From contig NC_090335.1 in assembly GCF_035084215.1 (NCBI RefSeq), positions 52,328,001 to 52,392,000 on the forward strand: a DNA stretch of 64,000 bases. The letters run 5' to 3'. Source of the DNA: Heptranchias perlo (Eukaryota). The notes under the pieces are model-generated. The model was not told where the DNA came from, did not search any database, and saw only the letters and a list, made by a program, of their open reading frames with translations. The number at the start of each line of letters is the position of its first letter. Positions within the stretch are counted from its first letter, which is position 1. Below, one piece after another: positions 51,956 through 64,000 of the stretch. A program made the translations under genes and the position numbers.

Positions 51956-53569
51956 CTATTAAAAAAACATATAATCCAGTCAGTTAGCACCATTTCATAA
52001 TATTAACCTGTAGGGCACAAACAAACATAAAAACAAACCCAATTATTAATAATCTTATGGATATTCAGGCAAATCTTTTAAAACCATTTCAAACTTCAAA
52101 TGATTTTTTTTTGACGTGAGGAGGGAGATGAATTGATTTTGTTAGGGTAACCTTGAATTTCACAATACTACAGTCATATGTATGTCAGTTAAGAACTGCG
52201 ACAAAAATGAAACATTTTTGACTATGGTGTATTACTATGTCTTGGGGGGGCCACAGTATACCAAGGGCTAAAATTAATTGCTGATGGCCACACCCTCATA
52301 CCAGTCCAATCCCTCTTCTCCCCTCCCGACCCCCCCAACCTTGACTTCATAGGAGCCAGAAAGTAGGCAGGGCCACGCTGCACGCACACCAGAACTGCAG
52401 CAATCTGAAGCTGGCCCATTCTGAAAATCATGCTCACAAGAGGTTGAGAGCCACCTCAATCCCAGGAGGCTCTTCCAGTCAGCTGGCAGCCATGAGGATT
52501 CCAGTGAAAAAAAGCACTAGAATAGGTAGTAGAGAACACACTTCTACTCACAGGAAGAGGAAGCACTGTGGTTGCAGGCACTAGGAATGGAAACATTACA
52601 TTTTAGGAAATAAATACAGAACTGTAGTTTCTGCATTTACTAAGTTTCATTTGTGAGGCAGGGGTAAGAAATATGTAGAGAAGAGGAACTGTGTAGCTGG
52701 TAGATAAATAGGATGGGCTTGCAAACAGCATGGATTCTTATTTATTGCAGGCGATGGGGCAGATGGTGTTCTTGATATATTCATGAGAAAGTATTGTGAA
52801 TTAAAGCCAGAGCTCTCTGGAAACGCCACAAGGCAAAAACATTCAAGCTGGTGGTTAGCACTGTCAGTTCTGCATCAACCCTGGAGTGTGGCTACAGGTC
52901 TTCCTACAGCAGGTTGCAGAGCTCCCCAACTACCTCCCTGCCTACGAAGACACTGCACCACAGTCAGGTACAAAAAAGTCCTGCAGGGTTCATCAGGTAG
53001 GTTCTCTCCTCTGATGATGATGCCTCACTTCTCTGGCATTCAGGAGTACTTTCTGTTTATCCTCCTCTTCCTCCATATGAACATATGCAAGGGTTGGCCA
53101 AATAGGACCCCCATTCTGCCAACGAGGAACATGGCCCCCAGCAGCTCAAAAAAATGTTTGCCAAACTTTACCCCAAGTACAGCAGTAAACTACAGATTTT
53201 TTTTCCCCAAACGGATGGCCTAAATAGGATTACTTCACTTGTTTATAACTTGCAGCCAACAGTGGAAATAAGAGGGAAGCTAACTACAGATCATTCTGAG
53301 GTCATTTGGTCCCTTTTTAAATAGAATTTAAATACTAAAGCTTCCAAGGCATAATGAAATGGTTTCTGCCAGACTCATGACAGGAAATAACGCAGGCAGC
53401 ACAATTGGTGCAGAGACCCAACATAACTAGTCTCAGCCCATTTTCCCTCTGATTTGCTCCCTGGAAAAAGGTACACTTGAGGTGCAAAGCAGAGGAAAAC
53501 CAGCCCCTAGAGTCCATAGTATACAGAATTAAATTAAATTAGTGAACAATTAGACATGGGTTAATTAGG

Positions 53570-55640
53570 CATAGTGAGCATGAATTTATAAACAGGTCAT
53601 GCTTAACTAATTTAATCGAATTTTGAGGAAATCACAGTGCATAAATAAAGGAAATGTGATGGCTGTTGGATGCATATATTTATAAAATACCTTCTGAAAA
53701 GACAATCAGTTTCTTGCAAACAGTAAGGCACACAGTATTAAAGAGAATGTAACTCCATAGATGGCGAGCTGGCAAGAGGGCAGACAGCAAAGAATAGGGG
53801 CTTTTGGATCGGCAAGGTCTGGGTAGTGGTATGCTCAGGGGTTTGTCCTTTATTTTTAATTCATGTAAATGTTTTGGACATAGACACAAGAGGAATCAAA
53901 TTTGCAAATGCTTAGCTATGGGTATGTTGAATTGAAAAAATTACAGGATGGTATGGACAGAGTGGGCAGATTCAGTTCAATACAAAGAAATGTGAAGTAC
54001 ACCTTTGGAGGAAAGGAATTATGTCCTAAGTGGTAAGGTCCTTAACAGAGTAGAGGAAGAGAGATGTAGGACTGCAAAAAGAGATTTTGAGGTGCTGATA
54101 CATTGATCTTAAACTGTAGAAATGCAGGTAGAAACCAAAAAAGAAACATAAGGGCATTGACAATAAAAGCAAGGAAATAATGTTGAACTTCCATGACATT
54201 AGTTAGGCCACTGTACAATTCTGGGCACCCATTATGCAAAGAATATTACAGCCCTAAGTACAGCAAAAATTCACTGGAATAATACCAGGAATGAAAGATT
54301 ATAGTTGTAATAAAAGGCTCAAAAATTGAGGCATTTTTACTGGAACAGAGAAGGCTCTAAGTTAAGGAGGGTTTGGGGGGGGGAGGAAAGAGAATTTCAT
54401 CGGGATTTTCAAAATTATTAGTGGTTTTGAGAGGGATTCTGGTGAATCTGCACTGTGCCCCTTCCAAGGCCAATATATCTTTCCTGAGGTTTGGTGCTTA
54501 GAAAGACACAGGTTAAGTAAGGACAGTCAACAAGGATCTGTAAAAGGCAAGATGCAGCTGACAAATTTACTAGAATTTTCTAAATAAATAAGACTGTATT
54601 AACAAAAAGGAATGCAGTGGATGTTGTGTATATGGATTTTCAAAAGTTTTGATAAGGTGCCACGTAACAGGCTTTTCGATAAAAATTAAGGTGCACTGCA
54701 TTAAAAGACATATGACAGCTTGGATAAAAGTTGTTTAAAAGGACAGAAAATGTTTTTCACATATACAAGATCTGAACTTGGGTATGGGGGCAAAAGAACA
54801 TCAAAATGTCAATGACTAGAAATGTGAAGCGATGAAGTGACTTCAAGTGGACAAAGATAGGTTAATTAATATATTGAGCAGTTAGATGTCAGATGAAATT
54901 TAATGCCAAGAAATGTGAGGTGATACATTCTGGCCAGAATAGGAGAGGAAATTACACTAAATGGTAAAACTTTAAAAGGGGCAAAGAGAGTTAAGGGTTC
55001 AGATATATAAATCCTTAAAATAGGGAGGACAAGTTGACAAAGCTCAAAAAAACCATGGGATCCTAGGTTTTATAAATACGGGCAGAGTACAAGAGCAAAG
55101 AAGTAATGCTAAACCTATACAAATCATTGGTAAGGCCACGGTTAGAATATTATGTTCAGTTTCAGAGACCTTACTTTAGGGAGGACATCAAGGTCATGCA
55201 GAGGGCACAGAAGTGATTTACTATAATACCAGAGATATGAGGAAACAACAGAAAACTGAGACTCTTTTCATTAAAGCAGAGAAGATTGAGGGGAGATTTG
55301 GTAGAGATGTTCAAGATAGAGGGGGTTTGATAAGATAGAGAAAAACTATTTCAGCTGATTGGTGAGTCAGTAACTAGAGGGTATAAATTTAAGATTGCCA
55401 CCAAAAGAACAAAGGCAGAAACTAGATGGATATTTTTATGCAAAGAGTTGTGAGGATGTGGAATGCCCTGCAGAAACAGTGGTGGAAACAGAATCCATAA
55501 CAACTCTTTTTAAAAAAAAATGTTTAAATTGATACGGAGCAGAGCAGAGGAATGGAACTAAGTGATAATTCTGAGAGCCAACACAGGTGTAATGGGCCAA
55601 AGTGCTTCCGACTGCAGTATAAAAGTCTATGATTCTATAA
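53570..55640 (+). mobile_element. Two consecutive decayed CR1 RT fragments
   Basis: Degraded QHGF / LTNLIEF / DFQK.FDKVPH / KCEVIHF / LVRP.LEY motifs occur twice (~53570-54440 and ~54520-55640). Tail tctatgattctat. Confidence 0.75.
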
Positions 55641-55647
55641 ATCATAA

Positions 55648-56490
55648 ATGGGGTGACCATTGACCAGAAACTTAACTGGACCAGCCATATAAATACTGTG
55701 GCTACGAGAGCAGGTCAGAGGCTGGGTATTCTGCAGCGAGTGACTCACCTCCTGACTCCCCAAAGCCTTTCCACCATCTACAAGGCACAAGTCAGGAGTG
55801 TGATGGAATACTCTCCACTTGCTTGGATGAGTGCAGCTCCAACAACACTCAAGAAGCTCGACACCATCCAAGATAAAGCAGCCCACTTGATTGGCACCCC
55901 ATCCACCACCCTAAACATTCACTCCCTTCACCACCGGCGCACTGTGGCTGCAGTGTGTACCATCCACAGGATGCACTGCAGCAACTCGCCAAGGCTTCTT
56001 CGACAGCAACTCCCAAACCCGTGACCTCTGCCGCCTAGAAGGACAAGAGCAGCAGGCACATGGGAACAACACCACCTGCACGTTCCCCTCCAAGTCACAC
56101 ACCATCCCGACTTGGAAATATATCGCCGTTCCTTTATTGTCGCTGGGTCAAAATCCTGGAACTCCCTTCCTAACAGCACTGTGGGAGAACAGTCACCACA
56201 CGGACTGCAGCGGTTCAAGAAGGTGGCTCACCACCACCTTCTCTGTGCCACCAGAAGTAAAGGGAATTAGGGGTTACGGGGAGCGGGCAGGAAATTGGAC
56301 ATGAATTTAGATTTGAGGTTAGGATCAGATCAGCCATGATCTTATTGAATGGCGGAGCAGGCTCGAGGGACCGATTGGCCTACTCCTGCTCCTATTTCTT
56401 ATGTTCTTATGTTCTCGAGGGCAATTAGGGATGGGCAATAAATGCTGGCCTCGCCAGCGACGCCCACATCCCGTGAACGAATAAAAAAAA
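55648..56490 (+). mobile_element. CR1-clade 3' fragment, near-identical to part of 11433-12999, with a nested insertion
   Basis: ORF 55653-56024 is almost identical to the C-terminal part of ORF 11497-12984. Same 3' tail at 56416-56490. Confidence 0.93.
56243..56415 (+). mobile_element. HER1-type CR1/SINE 3' tail nested in the preceding element
   Basis: gatcagccatgatcttattgaatggcggagcaggc...cctactcctgctcctatttcttatgttcttatgttct splits the host sequence ccaccttct|cgagggc. Confidence 0.85.
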
Positions 56491-56929
56491 TGTTTAGAAA
56501 AATGCTCAGAACAGGCAACATTTTTATCTGAAACCTGGGAGAAGCTGAATACTGGAGGCTGTAAATCAAAATACCCTGGAGAATTTCAATACCGTGAGGA
56601 TGAAAATAAATCTGTTTTTATCCTCACTGGAACTCCGAATGCACAACGTTCTTTGGAAGGGCTCGATCAATTTGGGCATTACTCTAGGGCAATCGATGAA
56701 CGGACAAGCTGATTTTAAGCTCAACACAAAGCATTCAATAACTAGATGTTAATAAGATATAGAAATTAGGGCTTCATCCAATTTCCTTACAAAGCAATGA
56801 CAGCACATGAAAATTAATTCATTTTATAAGGCACTTTGTAGCTACGTTGTGCCTTATCACAACAAACAGTGTTACTGTTAACCTTCAGATAAATGGAATT
56901 CCACTGAAAAGGGTAGATCCTTGGAATGC

Positions 56930-57022
56930 AAGAACCTGCATTTATATAGCATCTTAGCACATTTCCCAGAAATGTTCCAAGGCAATTACTTTGAAATGTA
57001 GTTACTGTTATGTAGGCAGCCA
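56930..57022 (-). mobile_element. SINE 3' tail fragment
   Basis: ctgcatttatatagcatc...tactttgaaatgtagttactgttatgtagg. Confidence 0.6.
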
Positions 57023-57479
57023 GTTATGTAGTAGTACTGATTCTTTGAAACAAAGTTACCTTCATGATTAACAAAAAAAGTCTTGACACCATTAAACAAA
57101 AGTGTTTCCATTTAGCTTTCTATGCTTTCAGGGTTGAACTCTTTCCCAGTAGCTAGGAAGGTCATTACGACTGATTGCCAAAACTCTAGCTGTTCTAGGC
57201 TGAGCCTTTCAATAGCAATGTCATCAAGTAGAAGCTCTGGGAGCCACTTTGGGGCATTTGAAAGATATACGGCACTATGTAAACAAGTTTCTTCTAAAAA
57301 TCTGATACAGTTGGAGTCTTCTCCGTTCATGCTGGTTGTGCACCTTACTGTGGGGTGCAACTCTACAACCTGTTGATCAGCATTTGATGGCATGCAGAGG
57401 CTGGGGAGTTGCTTCCCACAGTAGGAGCACAACCATCATGAACTGAGGAGAATCCAACCTGATCTGATTATTAAAAAAA

Positions 57480-58085
57480 GCCTTGTGCTTATGTAGCACC
57501 TTATTACTTCTCTCAAATGTCCCAAAGTACTTCATATACAATTGATAACTTTTGGACTGCTGTCAGTGCAATGTAAGCAAATATGGTAACCATTTAATGC
57601 ACAGCAAGATCCCACAAACAGCAATGAAATGAATGGCCAGTTGTAGTAATTGTATCTATGTGATTTATATCAATTAGTGTTAATTGTATTCAGGTGGTGG
57701 GTATCAATTGTGGACTCTCTTGTATTCATTTATAGGAGGGTGTGTAATGTTGAGTGTGAATAAAGGCTTGGAAGCAACTGAAGACTCGGCTTCAGTATTC
57801 TAACCTTTCCCATCAGGCTGTCCAGTTATAACAAGTTGCTCTGTTTTTGTGTTAGCGGTTGTTAAGGAAGGGTATTGACCACGAATCGGTGAGAAATCCA
57901 TGCTCTTTTGAATAGTGCCATGGGATCTTTAACGCCCACTGGATCAGAAGACAGAATCTCAGTTTAACATCACATTTGTAGGATGGCACCGCTGACAATA
58001 CAGCACTTACTCAGTATTGCACTGGAGTATCAGTCTGGAAATGAAGACTGAACCTACAGCCTTTTGACTCAGGTGAGACTGCTAC
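57480..58085 (-). mobile_element. DeuSINE (SacSINE1/AmnSINE-like) interrupted by an insertion
   Basis: Deu-domain-like reverse complement gaatagtgccatgggatcttt...ggatggcaccgctgacaatacagcac...cagtattgcactgg. The tail cacagcaagatcccacaaacagcaatga lies to the left of the insert. Confidence 0.8.
57642..57833 (+). mobile_element. Probable solo LTR (~190 bp)
   Basis: TGTAG...TAACA termini, internal AATAAA and duplicated agt(t) flanks. It splits the SINE cleanly. Confidence 0.6.
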
Positions 58086-58903
58086 AAAATTGAAACTTAT
58101 TCATCATCTTTGTTTGAAGTAGGCAAAACTCATCAAATACATTCCATGTAACAGGATTATGGTAGTCTGATCCACCTGAGAAGGTGGCCCCACTGCTATG
58201 GCCTCAGCAGGGTTCCCTGCAAGCACGTTAGATATACTCTGCTGTGAACTCTTAAATTTTGTAACAATTAAGGAGCAGCATATAGACATGTCCTTTGCAA
58301 AATTCAGAAGAAGACAACAGTAATTCTAAACATTCCATACTGATCCAGGAGTTCTGGTTCGTTGACCTGCTAACACTGATTAAAAAGGCCATTCACAGGA
58401 TCCACTACTGGGAATACTTATTGGCACAGGTGAATGGGCAGATCTGGCAAAGTGCCTCACAGGGCTTCTGCTTGATGGCTTGACTATTGAAAGGACCAGC
58501 CCAGAACAGCCAGAGTATTTGCAAGTAGGTGGTAATGACCCTCCTAGCTGCTACAAAAGATTCCCACCCAGAGAGCTAATTGGAAACATCTTCATATTAT
58601 TGTGTAGGAAACATTATTTTAAACAATTTGGAGTGTAAGGTAATCATTATTCCTTCAGATACAGATAGATGATGGTGCACATGTTGTAGCTATTTCTGAT
58701 CATTAGTCTCCTTGAGTAAGTAGGGAATTAGCCTATGGTGATTTCATAAAGAGGGCTTAAAGGAATGCCCCTTCTTCCCTCAAGCTGTTCTGATACAGGT
58801 CTTTAACTAGGTCCAAGTGAGGTAATAACAACCATCTGGACTGCTATTACTCTCTATTTGACCATATGGGGTTTTGCAACCTTGAATTGCTTTAACTAAT
58901 AAT

Positions 58904-60703
58904 AAATACATAAAGGGCAAAAGAGTAACTAGGGAGAGAGTAGGGCCTCTTAAGGATCAACAAGGTCATCTATGTGCGGAACCACAAGAGGTGGGTGAGA
59001 TCCTGAATGAATATTTCACATCGGTATTTACGGTTGAGAAAGGCATGGATGTTAGGGAACTTGGGGAAATAAATAGTGATGTCTTGAGGAGTGTACATAT
59101 TACAGAGAGGGAGGTGCTGGAAGTCTTAACGCGCATCAAGGTAGATAAATCTCCGGGACCTGATGAAATGTATCCCAGGATGTTATGGGAGGTTAGGGAG
59201 GAAATTGCGGGTCCCCTAGCAGGGATATTTGAATCATCGACAGCTACAGGTGAGGTGCCTGAAGATTGGAGGGTAGCAAATGTTGTGCCTTTGTTTAAGA
59301 AGGGCGGCAGGGAAAAGCCTGGGAACTACAGACCGGTGAGCCTGACATCTGTAGTGGGTAAGTTGTTAGAGGGTATTCTGAGGGACAGGATCTACAGGCA
59401 TTTGGAGAGGCAGGGACTGATTAGGAACAGTCAGCATGGTTTTGTGAGAGGAAAATCATGTCTCACGAATTTGATTGAGTTTTTTGAAGGGGTAACCAAG
59501 AAGATAGATGAGGGCTGTGCAGTAGACGTGGTCTACATGGACTTTAGCAAAGCCTATGACAAGGTACCGCATGGTAGGTTGTTACATAAGGTTAAATCTC
59601 ACGGGATCCAAGGTGAGGTAGCCAATTGGATACAAAATTGGCTTGACGACAGAAGATAGTTGTAGAGGGTTGTGTTTCAAACTGGAGGCCTGTGTCCAGT
59701 GGTGTGCCTCAGGGATAGGTGCTGGGTCCGCTGTTATTTGTTATTTATGTTAATGATTTGGATGAGAATTTAGGAGGCATGGTTAGTAAGTTTGCAGATG
59801 ACACCAAGATTGGTGGCATTGTGGACAGTGAAGAAGGTTATTTAGGATTGCAACGGGATCTTGATAAATTGGGCCAGTGAATGGCAGATGGAGTTTAATT
59901 TAGGTAAATGTGAGGTGATGCATTTTGGTAGATCGAATTGGGCCAGGACCTACTCTGTTAATGGTAGGGTGTTGGGGAGCGTTATAGAACAAAGAGATCT
60001 AGGAGTACAGGTTCATAGCTCCTTGAAAGTGGAGTCACAGGTGGATAGGGTGGTGAAGAAGGCATTCCGCATGCTTGGTTTCATTGGTCAGAACATTGAA
60101 TACAGGAGTTGGGATGTCTTGTTGAAGTTGTACAAGACATTAGTAAGGCCACACTTGGAATACTGTGTACAGTTCTGGTCACCCTATTATAGAAAGGATA
60201 TTATTAAACTAGAAAGAGTGCAGAAAAGATTTACTCGGATGCTACCAGGACTTGATGGTTTGATTTATAGGGAGGGGTTAGATAGACTGGGACTTTTTTC
60301 CCTGGAGAGTAGGAGGTTAAGGGGTGATCTTAAAGAAGTCTATAAAATAATGAGGGGCATAGATAAGGTAGATAGTCAAAATCTTTTCCCAAAGGTAGGG
60401 GTGTCTATAACGAGGGGACATAGATTTAAGCTGAGAGGGGAGAGATACAAAAGGGTCCAGAGGGGCAATTTTTTCACTCAAAGGGTGGTGAGTGTCTGGA
60501 ACGAGCTGCCAGAGGCAGTAGTAGAGGCGGGTACAATTTTGTCTTTTAAAAAGCATTTGGACAGTTACATGGGTAAGATGGGTATAGAGGGATATGGGCC
60601 AAGTGCAGGCAATTGGGACTAGCTTAGTGGTATAAACTGGGCGACATGGACATGTTGGGCCGAAGGGCCTGTTTCCATGTTGTAACTTCTATGATTCTAT
60701 GAT
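58904..60703 (+). mobile_element. 5'-truncated CR1 LINE with disrupted RT
   Basis: ORFs 58991-59659 and 59861-60622 with KFADDTK between them. Tail ttctatgattctatgatt. Confidence 0.95.
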
Positions 60704-61026
60704 TTCACTGGCCCCTATATCAGCACGTAGGATCAGTGAATGTATTCATGGCCAATATCATATCTCGTTTGGATACAGGCATGTTTAAGCCAAATCCATT
60801 TCTTCTACCCATGAGTTTCACACCTCTCGGGAAGCATTCTCTGGTAAAGCTTTATCTACCTCAACTCTGGTCTCTTGCTTATTCCCTTTTTCTTCCAGTC
60901 CACTAATGGCAAGAGCCTTCAGCCACCACACCTTGCACTCTGGAATTCTCTTCCCAAACCTTCTTGGTGCATGGTTGGAAGGAGGATGACAGTGTCATCT
61001 TCTAGGTGGTGATGTATCTCATCACG

Positions 61027-61425
61027 TAAGAACATAAGAAATAGGAGCAGGAGTAGGACGTATGGCCCCTTGAGCCTGCTCCGCCATTCAATAAAATCAT
61101 GGCTGATCTTCGACCTCAATTCAATTTCCCACCGGATCCCCATATCCCTTGATTCCCCTAGAGTCTAAAAATCTATTTATCTCAGCCTTGAACATATTCA
61201 ATGGCTCAGCATCCACAGGCCTCTGGGGTAGAGAATTCCAAAGATTCACAACCCTCAGTGAACATATTCTGTTTTTCTATTCTTCCTATTTTCCCACATT
61301 ATACTTCATCTGCCACCTTCTTGCCCACTCACCTAACCTGTCTATATCCCTTTGCAGACTCTTTGTGTCCTCCTCACAGCTGACTTTCGCACCTAGCTTT
61401 GTATCATCAGCAAACTTGGATACCA
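61027..61425 (-). mobile_element. Internally deleted CR1 3' fragment
   Basis: Tail taagaacataagaaataggagcaggagtagg joined to RT pieces (reverse complement SKFADDTK). Confidence 0.88.
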
Positions 61426-62092
61426 CTTTGTACTCTGGTCATATTTATTTCAGTTGACCTGCACCTAAGAAGGTAATCTCACCTTCTTCCCAGGTGTTGA
61501 TGCAGCTCATAAGCTTTATACTCTTTGGTCATATTTGTTCCAGATGACCTGCACCATCTTTTGAAACTGTTACGGACTAACCAGAAAGCTGTCATTTCCA
61601 GTTTGGCTCTGGACTCAATTCTTGGTCATCATTTCTCTGATGGACGTCCCAAAAATTAGTTACAGAAGATAGCAATGGTCCTATTTTCTCACCACCACCC
61701 CACCCCCCCACCACCACACCTCACTTGGGTGCTTGAAGCAGGGTGGTTCAACTTGGCTGGCTAGAATAGAGACCACTGTAGCAGCAAACTTAGTTGAACT
61801 GCACACTTGGAAAGTCTGCTATACAAATAACAGTAGATTCAATAGCTGAATCACAAAGGTATGAATTTGTAGGGTTACACAGGAACATGGGAGGCTCTGG
61901 ATATTCAAAATCATGATCCCTAAAGGAGTCTCAAACTTGGCCTGGAAAAATAGTCAGCTAGGGTGTTAAGCTACTGTCCCTGAATTTAATTGTTGTTTGT
62001 GATTACACAAGGCACTCTAGATAGAATGACAATAGTTTGTATTCACAAACTACATATGTATAGGAGAATGGTTTAAACTGTGTCATCTAAAG

Positions 62093-62600
62093 CAGTGTTG
62101 TCCAATAGAAATTTCTGACCAGCCACACGTGGCTACAGCAACACCATTTTAGCTACATCCACTAATTTTAGTTAAAAACACCTTATGTACACTCACAATA
62201 TACAAGTCTACCACCACTACCTTCTCAGGGCAACCAGGGATGGGCAATAAATGCCAGACTTGCCAGTGACACTTACATCCCAAGAATGAATATTAAAAAA
62301 AGGAACGTACTTCATGTGTATATTTGCTTAAACATCTATCACCATTCAGTACCCAAGGAAGTAAAGTATTCACCATGATCAAAAAATACTCTCACACTCA
62401 ACATTTCGTCTTACCATTTTCCAACAAATACATAAAACAATTAAGTAGACATACATAATGTAAATATGAGTACTGAGATCTCATGCCCAATGATGGTGTC
62501 TAATGGTCACTTTTCATTTACTAATCAGAAATGTAATTAGCCACATCTGGATTCCCAATTAGTCACATGTGGCTAGTGGCCAGCATATTAGACAACACTG
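62093..62600 (+). mobile_element. MER3/MER33-like non-autonomous hAT-Charlie element with a nested CR1-clade 3' end (~62210-62302)
   Basis: TIRs cagtgttgtccaata / tattagacaacactg. TSD atctaaag/atctaaaa. Subterminal agccacacgtggct and cacatgtggctagtggc motifs. Confidence 0.85.
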
Positions 62601-62985
62601 ATCTAAAACTATCTTTGGCACCAAACCATCTAATCAGAATTCTATCCACAATCTGTCAGCATTAAAATCTATTGTATAATCTATGTGAATAACTCAAATC
62701 CCTGTATGCAAGTTTTGTTCTGTATCCATTACATTGTTTTTTTCCCCTATATGCATCAAACTAAACTAGATTACCCAGAACAGCTAAAGCGAGTAACACG
62801 ATTTACAAAGTTTGTGTTATTGTGCCAAAATTCAATTTTTTGCACATCACAGTATTTGTAGAAATTACTTACAGCTAAGCTGCAGAAAGCACTTTTGCTA
62901 ATTAAGTCTTGTGAACAGGAATATATATAGAATTGGTACTTTGCTGAGAACTTAATTAGATTAGAATGTACATATGTTCTCTTAC

Positions 62986-63165
62986 CATGGAGGTGGGGGT
63001 GTGAAAAATTGTTTTGGTAGAAGTGGTAGTGCCGCTGTTACTACTGGGTGGATTAATCCGCTTCTCCTTCTGGCGTCTGTTACAGAACCAGACGCGGATC
63101 ACCTCCTTCTCCATCTGCAGCTGATCGGCAATCATCATGATCTCCTCCGAGGTAGGCTTTTGGTT
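62986..63165 (-). CDS. POU2F1: POU2F1 exon encoding the C-terminal part of the POU homeodomain: [42 protein letters not shown]...PTSM
   Basis: Acceptor atttcattcttgcag and donor gtaaga; 180 nt, phase 0/0. [18 protein letters not shown] is the class II POU signature, and the downstream exons specify POU2F1. Confidence 0.97.
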
Positions 63166-63585
63166 CTGCAAGAATGAAATAATTTTTTTTTTACAAAAGT
63201 TGAATAAAGGTCTTTTTACCATATGCTAGCACATAAAGACTGTCAATATTTGCTTGTTACTATGTTTTTACAATTATAACAAACTAAATATACTAATGGA
63301 TCTCCCATGGCATTGTTCATTCGTATACTGTCATCTGGAGCACAGCTGTGATATTGCCGCTAATGTGGCCTGTCCCTTTAAGACCACTGCTCTCGTACTT
63401 TCTGTGCAAATCGAAGTGATTGAAGCTGCTTGTAAAACGTTCAGGTCAATATGACATCAGTAAAAGGGTTCTAAATTTCAGGTTCTAAATTTCAGTTTCC
63501 AGCTCAATGCCAGTCTGTCTTTGTTTTTTTTTAAAAAGCATGACGTCTAGTGTCTGATGTATCTGCTTTATACACACACATTAAA

Positions 63586-63602
63586 TATATATATATATAT
63601 AT
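63586..63602. repeat. (TA)n microsatellite
   Basis: Seen directly. Confidence 0.9.
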
Positions 63603-64000
63603 TTTTAAAGACTAACATGACAAAACAGACTATGCTATCAGGCCATATAGAAATAAAAATGCAATGAAACAATACTCTTACAAGCAGGAATGGATAAACC
63701 AAATAATGCAATTTATTGGATTACTGCTGATCTACGGGGAGATCGCAGGGGAAAAAAATGTTTAGGTCAATAGACATTTTGACTTCAACACTATGGGGAA
63801 AAATTTCCTCCATGCACTCTTTATAATAAAATTGTAAACCCATTTATGAAGGTTGATTTCCACAAAATAGTCAAAGGAGCCTATCCCTTAAGTGATCAGT
63901 CTCCTTTCTCATATCACTCGAACAGTGGTACAAAAGTTTACAAAAAGTTAGTACAGATTGCATGAAAAAGCAATTACTACTGATTCATTAATATTTTCTC

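Noticed and set aside
36817-63177. + strand ORFs 36817-37137, 44147-44539 and 62974-63177
   Set aside because: These are antisense shadows of POU2F1 coding exons with no independent support.
63467-63494. 14-bp tandem duplication ggttctaaatttca x2
   Set aside because: Ordinary slippage duplication.
1-64000. CRISPR arrays, rRNA/tRNA genes, prokaryotic or viral inserts
   Set aside because: None seen; the tRNA-like motifs belong to SINE heads.

Overview
AT-rich vertebrate genomic DNA, most likely a cartilaginous fish, judged from CR1/HER1-type LINE tails, Deu-domain SINEs and L2. The window holds the converging 3' ends of two genes. On the + strand are five small phase-0 exons of CD247 (TCR zeta/CD3zeta; 7470-14234), mostly missed by the ORF track, encoding half of ITAM1, all of ITAM2 and ITAM3, and a VPPPPRR tail. 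On the - strand are the last five coding exons of POU2F1/Oct-1 (63165 down to 36807). Between them lies a ~22 kb almost TE-free tract that probably holds a POU2F1 3'UTR of 12 kb or more. At ~24.55-24.78 kb it contains a block that appears homologous to mammalian CD3eta exon 9, which overlaps the Oct-1 3'UTR antisense; this comparison is from memory and needs an alignment. The introns carry CR1 LINEs of two families, L2, a collapsed Gypsy element, SINEs, a probable solo LTR and non-autonomous hAT/Charlie elements, including an inverted pair whose copies each contain a ~250-bp palindrome.
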